In this document: positions 27,882 to 35,653 of the stretch, piece after piece
Numbering within the stretch: the first letter of the stretch is position 1
Layout: every line of letters begins with the position of its first letter
Assembly: GCA_964481225.1 (NCBI GenBank)
Contig: CAYZTE010000003.1
Coordinates: 2,625 to 47,320 of the forward strand
DNA from: an uncultured archaeon
GTDB lineage: Archaea > Asgardarchaeota > Lokiarchaeia > Sigyniarchaeales > SOKP01
Reading direction: 5' to 3'
DNA length: 44,696 nucleotides
Translations under genes and position numbers: made by a program
Notes under the pieces: model-generated
Told to the model about the DNA's origin: nothing
The model's input: only the letters and a program-made list of their open reading frames with translations
The model's database searches: none

Positions 27882-28682
27882 GTGAGCCAAAAAGCAAGAA
27901 AACGTAAAATTAAGAAACCAACTTTCAAGGATAAAAATTGGTACGAATGTTTCGCACCTAAAATTTTCGACCATAAGAGCTTAGGGGAGATCATTGGTTT
28001 TGAAAATAACGTCATAGGGCGCACTGTAGAAGTTTTATTGTTTGATTTTTCAGGCAAGTATTCAGATATAAGTTTGAAACTAAAGTTTAGAATTATAGAT
28101 ATTAATGCAGAAGCAAAAAAATGTAATACAATATTTTTAGGTCATCAATACACTAATGATTATATAAGATCTTTAATTGGAAGGGGAAGTTCAAAGATAC
28201 AAACAATAATAAACCTAACTACAAAAGATGGTTATGGTTTTCGTCTTACAATAATATGCACTACCATTAAAAGAGCACGAAATTCTCAGATTATTCTGAT
28301 TCGAAAAATCATGAGAGAAATATTAGGAGAGTTCGCAAAAGGCTTGAATCATGAGAAGTTTATTGCAGGAATAGTGTATGGAGAGTTTCAAAACCAAATT
28401 CAACGTGTCGCGAAAACTATATATCCACTTTCTAGTTCTGTAATCATTAAGAGCAAGCTTACTTCTCAACCAGAAGGAGGAGAGGATAAGGAAGTACCTG
28501 ATGATCAATTTGAAATCGTTGAAGTTGACATTAAAAGATCTCGAAAGTCTGAAATAAAAAGATCTGAAAGAATTAACGTGAAGAAATTAGCTCAATCTAA
28601 GACTAGAAGAGCAACTAAAGAAAGTAAGAACCAAACAGAAAAAAATAAAGAGAAAGAATCAGAGGGCTCTCAGCCTGAATAA
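27882..28682 (+). CDS. rps3ae: 30S ribosomal protein eS1 (S3Ae) with K/E-rich C-terminal extension
   Basis: GTG start. The block KKPTFKDKNWYECFAPKIF matches the conserved S3Ae N-terminal motif (K-D-K-x-W-Y-x-x-x-A-P), and the gene sits immediately after uS15. At 266 aa it ends in a ~60-aa charged tail. Confidence 0.85.
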   Translation: MSQKARKRKIKKPTFKDKNWYECFAPKIFDHKSLGEIIGFENNVIGRTVEVLLFDFSGKYSDISLKLKFRIIDINAEAKKCNTIFLGHQYTNDYIRSLIGRGSSKIQTIINLTTKDGYGFRLTIICTTIKRARNSQIILIRKIMREILGEFAKGLNHEKFIAGIVYGEFQNQIQRVAKTIYPLSSSVIIKSKLTSQPEGGEDKEVPDDQFEIVEVDIKRSRKSEIKRSERINVKKLAQSKTRRATKESKNQTEKNKEKESEGSQPE

Positions 28683-28689
28683 GATTTAA

Positions 28690-28698
28690 TTTTTTTTT
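28690..28698 (+). terminator. oligo-T (T9) archaeal-type terminator after eS1
   Basis: A run of nine T residues begins 8 nt after the TAA stop at 28680-28682. Confidence 0.4.
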
Positions 28699-28838
28699 GT
28701 AACAAGTATAATAAAATCTTCCATAAATTGATCTAATTTTTGAGTAGAAGTAATATTTACTTATATGGAAACAATATTATTATTGGTTAAATTTATTTAA
28801 TTTAAACTTTTAAAATTTGCATATTAAGATGATAAATT

Positions 28839-30608
28839 ATGGGTGACCAAGAGGGTAACAGAAATAATCCGTATTCCTTTGATGATTACTTGTTTGTAAG
28901 AAATCATTTCGATTATTATAGCGACGATGAATTTTTTCAAGCTCTTGTTAAGAAATACATCCTGCAAGATGAATTTGAAAAAATTGATCGTGATCTCCAT
29001 GCTCTTTCTAATTACGTTTCTTTTAGGTTCAGAGAGCTCGCTGATAAATCAAATGAGCTCGAAAATAGAATAAAGGTCACTAAAGTCAAGCATTATGATG
29101 CTCATAATCATCGGATTGATCGTATTGAGCGATGTTTAGAAACTGAAATTCTGGAACGTGAAATTTTTAGTCTTGGTCTTTATGACCCTGCTCGTAATAC
29201 TCCATGGAGTAGATTTGTTAAAATGTTTTTACTTTATCAAAATGGTGAGGCAGGTGTCATGTGCCCAATCGCGTGTACACACGGTGCTGTAGAACTCATG
29301 CAAAAATATGAGAATGAATTGGAGCCAGAAGCTTTAGAGATCTTGAAATCAATTCGAGATGGTATAGATGGAGAATATAAACTAGGAGCTCAATTTGTTA
29401 GTGAAATCCAAGGTGGAAGCGATGTACCTTCTAATCTCGTAGAAGCTGTCTTCGAAGAGGAAATGGGACCAGATGGATATTCAAATGTCTGGCGCCTATA
29501 TGGTCAAAAGTTTTTCTGCTCAGCAATGCAAGCAGATTGTGCAATCGTTACTGCAAAACCAAAAGGAGTCCCTTCAGCAACCAGAGTAGCTGCGTATGTT
29601 GTTCCTTTTTGGCTTCCTGGCAATAAAGAGCGCGAAATTAGAAATTCTTTCACGATAGATAGACTAAAACAGAAATTAGGAACTGCGGAATTACCTACTG
29701 CAGAAATTACTTATAATGGCGCAGTGGCATATCCTGTAGGACCTCTTGAAAAAGGTCTGGCAAATATCGTTGGAATTGTTCTTTCTTTATCAAGACTTCA
29801 CGTAGCTTTTGGAATGGCAGCAGGTGCTTTACGTGTAGCAAGAGAAGCAATATTATATTCACAATTTAGAACCGCTTTTGGCATTCCTATTTCCTCATTT
29901 CCATTAATGATTAATCAAATAAATGATTTAGATCATTTTGCAAAAAGATCTGCTGCTGGAGCATTTAAAGTTTATTCAGAATACATTCATTTTGGAGAAG
30001 AACTAATCAGCGGTATAAGAGATTTAGAAAAAATTGATGATGTCAACGAACGCAAGCGCCGTTTCAGATTACGTGAATTAGTAATGCTACAAAAGATTGT
30101 TGTAGCTGATGAAGCTCCAGCAATGATACGGAAGGCGATTTCATTTTTTGGGGGTCATGGTATTATGGAAGACTTTCTATCTTTTCCACGATTTCATCGG
30201 GATTCAATGATAATGGAACTTTGGGAAGGACCGAGGAATGTACTCTTAACACAGATTCATCGAGATTTTCAAAGAGTAAAAGATTGGTATACCCCAGATG
30301 AATTTTGCCGTGATTTACTCAAAGGTGCTGATTCGGATTTGATAGAAAATTATGCTATAGAATTCAGCAAAATCATTTCTCATGATAGTCTTCTCAGAAA
30401 TGATGACAAAACCTTGAAAATTTGTCGTGATTGGGAAAACTTCTCAAATAATCTAGTTATTGCATATCAAGAACAAGCCCTTGCTGAGATTAATTTTAAA
30501 GGTAAGCCATTGAAATTTTCAAGATTATTACGTAAATTTAAAGGCAGAGAAAAAGAAGCGTTAAGAAGTGAAGAAAAAGAAAAAGTTTCCATTGAAATTA
30601 TAAAATAA
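28839..30608 (+). CDS. acyl-CoA dehydrogenase family protein (AidB-like, long form)
   Basis: 589 aa. The ACAD middle-domain motif SEIQGGSDV (T/S-E-x-x-x-G-S-D) and the C-terminal block FFGGHGIMEDFLSFPRFHRDSMIMELWEGPRNVL (G-G-x-G...R-D...-E-G) are present. The extended N- and C-termini resemble AidB. Confidence 0.75.
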   Translation: MGDQEGNRNNPYSFDDYLFVRNHFDYYSDDEFFQALVKKYILQDEFEKIDRDLHALSNYVSFRFRELADKSNELENRIKVTKVKHYDAHNHRIDRIERCLETEILEREIFSLGLYDPARNTPWSRFVKMFLLYQNGEAGVMCPIACTHGAVELMQKYENELEPEALEILKSIRDGIDGEYKLGAQFVSEIQGGSDVPSNLVEAVFEEEMGPDGYSNVWRLYGQKFFCSAMQADCAIVTAKPKGVPSATRVAAYVVPFWLPGNKEREIRNSFTIDRLKQKLGTAELPTAEITYNGAVAYPVGPLEKGLANIVGIVLSLSRLHVAFGMAAGALRVAREAILYSQFRTAFGIPISSFPLMINQINDLDHFAKRSAAGAFKVYSEYIHFGEELISGIRDLEKIDDVNERKRRFRLRELVMLQKIVVADEAPAMIRKAISFFGGHGIMEDFLSFPRFHRDSMIMELWEGPRNVLLTQIHRDFQRVKDWYTPDEFCRDLLKGADSDLIENYAIEFSKIISHDSLLRNDDKTLKICRDWENFSNNLVIAYQEQALAEINFKGKPLKFSRLLRKFKGREKEALRSEEKEKVSIEIIK

Positions 30609-30644
30609 GCTACATGACTTTAAATTCCGAAGAAATATTTAACT

Positions 30645-31937
30645 CTAAAACGGATTATCTTTTTTTTTAATATTCCCGTATTGATCTTGAAAATAAAGCG
30701 TATTTGGTGGTATATCTTCATTTACTAACAAATTTGCTGCTACAATGGAATTTTCGCCTATTTTTTTTCCACACATAATGCTTGCATTAATGCCAGTTTG
30801 AGAATTAGGGCCAATAATGGCTCCTAGCTTTTTTCGACCCGTGGCGAGCAATTTTCCCTCTATTTTCATCTTAATGCTTTTCTTGTCGAAACGTAAATTT
30901 GATAATATTGTTCCTGCCCCAAGATTGACATTTTCGCATATGATTGAATCACCAACGTAATTAAAATGTGGAATCGAGGTATTTGAAAAAACCATTGAAT
31001 TCTTTACTTCACACATTCCTATGTGACAATTGTTTTCTATTGAAGTGTATGGTCGAATAAAAGCATTAGGTCCTATTACATTATTTTCACCTATATAACA
31101 AGGACCTTGGATATAAGACCCGGATTTGATAATAGTATTTTTTCCAATATATACATTCTCAGAGATTGAAGCATTATCTTCTACATCTCCATGTATTTGA
31201 GGTTCTTGTTTATCCAAAAGAAAACGATTTACTTCAAAAAGCTGCCACGGTAATCCTATATCGCTCCAATAATAATTTTTAATATTAAATCCAATAATCT
31301 TTCCTCCTAAGTCATTAATTAAGATTTCCATAGAATCCGTGAATTCATATTCCTTCCTACTTGATTTTTTAGTCTTTTCGATTGCTTTAAATATTAAAGG
31401 GTTAAAAATGTAAATGCCCGCATTTGCTAGATTTCCTAATTTTAAATCAGGTGATGGTTTTTCAGTAATTTTCTCTACTAAGCCGTTAGAATTTAACGTA
31501 ATTATTCCATAATCTTGAGGATTGCTTACTTCTAATAAAGTTATTAGCCCTTCGTGTTTTGTTTCGGTAAATTTCTGTAATGCTTTTTTAAAAATTTCAG
31601 GATCAACCAATAAATCCCCATACATTAAGATAAATGGTTCTTCATTAATGAAGTCCTTGGCATAATTAGCCGCATGAGCCGTACCTAAATATTCCTCTTG
31701 ACTAATGTATTCAATTTTAACATCAAGGTTGTCAGAATGTTTATCAAAATAATTTCTTATCGTCTCTTCTTTATAGCCAACTATTAACAAAACATGATTT
31801 ATACCTGCTTGTTTTAAACCAAATATAGTATGCTCAAGAAGAGGTTTTCCAAGTAGAGGAATCATTGGTTTGGGTCTTAAAGATGTAATTGGTCGTAATC
31901 TCTTTCCTTCGCCCGCAGCTAATATTACTGCTTTCAT
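30645..31937 (-). CDS. bifunctional sugar-1-phosphate nucleotidylyltransferase / acetyltransferase-like (archaeal GlmU-type: NTP-transferase plus LbH domain)
   Basis: 430 aa. The N-terminal motif MKAVILAAGEGKRLRPITSLRPKPMIPLLGKPLLEH (G-x-G-x-R-L) identifies the nucleotidyltransferase domain. The C-terminal ~170 aa are hexapeptide repeats (left-handed beta-helix). Confidence 0.8.
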   Translation of the reverse strand: MKAVILAAGEGKRLRPITSLRPKPMIPLLGKPLLEHTIFGLKQAGINHVLLIVGYKEETIRNYFDKHSDNLDVKIEYISQEEYLGTAHAANYAKDFINEEPFILMYGDLLVDPEIFKKALQKFTETKHEGLITLLEVSNPQDYGIITLNSNGLVEKITEKPSPDLKLGNLANAGIYIFNPLIFKAIEKTKKSSRKEYEFTDSMEILINDLGGKIIGFNIKNYYWSDIGLPWQLFEVNRFLLDKQEPQIHGDVEDNASISENVYIGKNTIIKSGSYIQGPCYIGENNVIGPNAFIRPYTSIENNCHIGMCEVKNSMVFSNTSIPHFNYVGDSIICENVNLGAGTILSNLRFDKKSIKMKIEGKLLATGRKKLGAIIGPNSQTGINASIMCGKKIGENSIVAANLLVNEDIPPNTLYFQDQYGNIKKKDNPF

Positions 31938-31966
31938 GAGTAGGATTAGATATATTTTTTAATAAT

Positions 31967-32890
31967 TTATTGGTCAAAATTGTTTACAACGTCATTAAGA
32001 TATTGTTTTAAGTGTTTAAATGGTTTTAAATCTCCCGAAAATTCCACTCGAAAGATGTCATCCAAGGCTATTTTAGACTTAAGTTGTTTGAAAATTTCTT
32101 TCACTTGATAGAAATTTCCAGATGCAATGAAATCTAAAGAGTAGCCATTTATGGTTCCAAATAAAATGATTTTTATACCCTTCTTTTCATCAATGTCATT
32201 AATATGAATTTCTTTTATTTTTGTTTTTGCTCTAATTTGAGTATTCATGGAAATCGTTGCCAATTTAGCAGAAAGTTCTGAAGTAAATAATTCAACATTT
32301 TCAATTGTTTGTTCCTTCTCTAAATTTTTCAATAGATTAGTATCATATAAATGGGAGATAATTGGTAGACCTTGTGTAGATATTCCAGCATAAAGTATTG
32401 AATTTTTAATGTTATTTCCTTGTTCTTCAAAAATAAATTCATCTTCTAAGGGCTCTGTATATTTTTCTTTCAAATAGTTAGTAATTAATGTAAGAATTTC
32501 ATTAAATGTTGGTTCTTCAGATGCAAGTTTTAATTGTGCTAGATTTTTGTAATAAACATATATTTTTCGATGAAATTCTGTTAATAATTTAAATGCTTCA
32601 CTGGAACCAACATTAAAATTACCAACAATACAAAAGAATAAATTCTGGTTTCTTGCCGTGACTATGTGTTTAACAATTATTCTTTCTCTACCTATATTTT
32701 GATCTTTCAAACAGATTTTTTTCAAGCGCCAAGTATTTTTTGGATTAATGCTTCTTAATAGTTTTTCGACAAACAACACTATTTCAAAAGCATTGTATCT
32801 TTTTTCATCTGAACAATACAGAATCTCATCTTCTAAAATAATAGTAAAGCCCGATATCATAGAGATTACGGTAAGAAAGTAAAAGATCAT
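31967..32890 (-). CDS. hypothetical protein; two tandem roadblock/longin-like-patterned halves (inference)
   Basis: 307-aa ORF. Residues ~10-115 (GFTIILEDEILYCSD...LFFCIVGNF...EAFKLLTEFHRKI) and ~165-275 (ILYAGISTQGLPIISHLYD...IKIILFGTINGYSLDFIASGNFYQVKEIFKQLKSKI) show similar secondary-structure-type patterns. Confidence 0.5.
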   Translation of the reverse strand: MIFYFLTVISMISGFTIILEDEILYCSDEKRYNAFEIVLFVEKLLRSINPKNTWRLKKICLKDQNIGRERIIVKHIVTARNQNLFFCIVGNFNVGSSEAFKLLTEFHRKIYVYYKNLAQLKLASEEPTFNEILTLITNYLKEKYTEPLEDEFIFEEQGNNIKNSILYAGISTQGLPIISHLYDTNLLKNLEKEQTIENVELFTSELSAKLATISMNTQIRAKTKIKEIHINDIDEKKGIKIILFGTINGYSLDFIASGNFYQVKEIFKQLKSKIALDDIFRVEFSGDLKPFKHLKQYLNDVVNNFDQ

Positions 32891-33075
32891 TTAATAAGCA
32901 ATTATTATTGTAAAAATTATTAAACATTTTAATTTTTTTTATTTCGCTAGAAAAAACTAGTTATTGTGTGTTCAAAAAATATTTACATTAGAAAACTTAA
33001 AACTTAATCTTATAAATTATATTAGAAATATTATGCTTGAAGAATTTGACATGCCTTATAGTAATGGAGTTACAG

Positions 33076-33280
33076 AATGAATGCTTCGAATTTAATAGAG
33101 AGAGAAAATTAATAAAGCTGCAGAATTACTTATAAATTCTAAGCATGCAATAGTGCTAACTGGAGCAGGCATCTCAACGGAATCTGGCATTCCGGATTTT
33201 AGAGGAGAAGGTGGAATTTGGGAAAAATATAAGCCAGAAATATATGGAAACATTCAAGCATCAATTCAATTTCTTGATTA
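33076..33280 (+). pseudogene. sirtuin (Sir2-family NAD-dependent deacylase) 5' fragment, frameshifted and truncated
   Basis: ATG 33076 ([10 protein letters not shown]) runs into TAA. The +1 frame from 33098 reads [44 protein letters not shown]...*, a close paralog of the N-terminus of the intact gene at 44447. It stops after ~60 aa, so the catalytic core is absent. Confidence 0.7.
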
Positions 33281-33534
33281 GCTCATTCACCCAATTTTTT
33301 AAAGGATTCATCTTGACCATATTAAATCAACTAAAATATTTTCCAGTTTGTTAATATTAAGTACTTCAATTTCTCTTACTAGATTACCTGCTCTAATTTT
33401 AAAGAAGAATGTTAATCTATTCATTACAAATTTAATAAATATATAATGAATTTGTTAAATTAGGTAATTTAAATAATAAAAAAATAGTAATTAAAACAAA
33501 AAGCAAAAGTAGACATTATAATATACAAGATCTG

Positions 33535-34302
33535 TCATGTTGTATCAATTTTTGGTTCTGAAACTGCTCTTTTTTTAAAGATAATTCCTTTTTTCTTTAA
33601 AATATATGTTGTTACAAGAGCTATTGCTATAAGAGATGGAATTGTAGTTGCAATTATGATAATTAATAAATTATTATCTTGTGCATTATTATCATCACCA
33701 TTTTCAACAGTTTCCACAAGAGTTAATAAGAAAATTTCTACATCATTATCCGTTATTTCTAACTCAGTACATTTAGATTCATTGTTGAAAGTCCATTCAA
33801 CATCAATACTATTTGATATATTAATATAGCGAATTTTGTAAATTTGTTCATTAATAGAAATTTTAATCCCAAAATCAAATACATCCTGATTTACATAAAA
33901 ATTTGTTAGACCAATATAGAAATCTTCTTGTAAGGTTGAGGGAATTAGCAATGGAATATTAAAAACTGTATCATATAGTAATGTTTCATTTAAAGAGCTA
34001 TTAAAAGAAATGAACATCTCATTGTTTAATATTACATCTGTAGATTTATCTGAATTGTTGTATGTTTGAAAAATACAATCAATTTGGGATGTTTCTTTTC
34101 CATCTGTGCCCGTCCATGTGTCTATGCTTTTAATTTCTAAATCATAAGAAGAATTTACAGGGAGATAACCGTATGTAACATTACTTCTAGTTACATTCCA
34201 ATTAAAACTATCTCCAACATTAAAATTCCATTCTATCTCATTTGAACTTTGATTCAAATTCAAAAATGTATTACAATATGGGATACTTTGTGCGAAAATC
34301 AC
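33535..34302 (-). CDS. membrane-anchored surface glycoprotein-like protein (possible pseudogene: signal peptide out of frame)
   Basis: 255-aa ORF from GTG 34302 with nine or more NxS/T sequons, a C-terminal TM (LLIIIIATTIPSLIAIALVTTYIL) and a KKKG tail. A signal-peptide-like segment KIIKIKGLSFIIVV is encoded in frame upstream. The only ATG (34348) is one nt out of frame. Confidence 0.5.
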   Translation of the reverse strand: MIFAQSIPYCNTFLNLNQSSNEIEWNFNVGDSFNWNVTRSNVTYGYLPVNSSYDLEIKSIDTWTGTDGKETSQIDCIFQTYNNSDKSTDVILNNEMFISFNSSLNETLLYDTVFNIPLLIPSTLQEDFYIGLTNFYVNQDVFDFGIKISINEQIYKIRYINISNSIDVEWTFNNESKCTELEITDNDVEIFLLTLVETVENGDDNNAQDNNLLIIIIATTIPSLIAIALVTTYILKKKGIIFKKRAVSEPKIDTT

Positions 34303-34384
34303 AACAATTATGAAACTTAAACCCTTGATTTTAATTATCTTAGTTCATTTCCTTTTATTTTCTATATAAGTATTTCAATTCCGG

Positions 34385-35534
34385 TTTACGAGAAATAGAC
34401 TTCATATAACTCAATGTAAATCTATTATTTAAATCTTTTTAAAAAAAATTTTATGAGTGCACGCTGAAAATTCTTGAAAGTGTCAAAAGAAGTGTTATGC
34501 GTGACCTGTTTACACAAGAACTTCCAAAACCACTCCATTGGATTTAAATCGGGGGTGTATGGCGGTAGAAAGAGAAGCTCAAGTTTTTCCTTGTTAACTT
34601 CCAAAAAGGGTTCTAACTCCTTAGAATGGTGCGCACGGGCATTGTCCAATATCAGGAGGATTTTCCCGGAGTTTATATATCTAGCAAGGAGTCCCTCTAA
34701 AAAGTGTTGGAAATGGGATGCCTTTAACGTGTCAGATAATGCCACGTGAACTTTTCCCGCCTGGGGCTCAACTGCACCAATGAGATGTTGTCGGTGCCGA
34801 TCACCGTAGGTTAAGATTTCGGGTTGTTGCCCTTTCAGCGACCACATACGAGTGATGGACGGCGAAAACTGGACACTCGCCTCGTCTTGGAAAAGAACTA
34901 CGCCATCTTCTCCGAGAGAATCCAGACTTTTTTAAAATCATTTAGGAATTCTTTTTGTTTCTCAATATCAGCCTTCGGAAACTTGTATCTCGGACGTTGG
35001 AGCGTAAATCCTAGCTCGTGAAGGAGTCTTTGCGCTTAGCGCACGCTTAATTCCACGCCAAATTTCTGTTTAATGTGATGCGACACACTCTTTCCTTCCC
35101 AGTTGCTAAATTCATACCCCAATTCACGAGGATGGGTTACCACATCCGTTTTTAACTTTTCTTTTTGTTCTTCAGAAAGGCTTGAGGGGCGCACTGGAGG
35201 TGTATTTGGAACGATGGCTTCTAATCCACCCTCATTAAACATCTTTACCAAAGTTTGTATCGTTCTACGAGATTTTTTTATGAGTTCTGCAACTATCGTG
35301 CAGTTCATAAACTCACGCATCAAAAAAAAAGCATGATATCGTTCTTTCAACTTAAAATATTTCTCTTTCTTATAGAGCTCGACCAGCTCATCGTGATCAG
35401 ACGAGCTCCTTGTTATTTTAAGTTTTTCCATGAATCTAAGAGCAAAAAATAGTCTTATTTAAGGGTGTGATATCCAAGTGATATCCAGAAAAAGACAAGT
35501 AAAGCATGAGAAATTATTTATGTCGTTATAAATA
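34385..35534 (-). mobile_element. IS630/Tc1-mariner-family insertion sequence, copy A (decayed)
   Basis: About 1.15 kb, homologous along its length to copy B. The right end tcgttataaata (35523-35534) equals the copy B terminal repeat. The left end is degraded (ggtttacga versus tatttataacga). It encodes an HTH plus DDE_3 transposase in pieces. Confidence 0.8.
34425..35431 (-). pseudogene. IS630-family DDE transposase, disrupted (in-frame TAA plus -1 frame break)
   Basis: The N-terminal HTH ORF 35036..35431 ends at a TAA where copy B has CAA (..ELSVR*AQRLLHELGF..). After ..NDFKKVWILSEKMA* the DDE domain continues in the -1 frame (EDGVVLFQDEAS..., LILDNARAHHS, LPPYTPDLNPMEWFW), giving a D-D-E triad with ~36-aa D-to-E spacing. 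Confidence 0.8.
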
Positions 35535-35653
35535 AATTAATTATGAATGCATAAAAATTAAATTATCCAAACCTAACTATTTTATTAATCTAGTTTTACG
35601 TTATTTTAGAGATTTCCTAAAAGAGGAAAAAATCAACAAAAAAAAAAGTTAGT

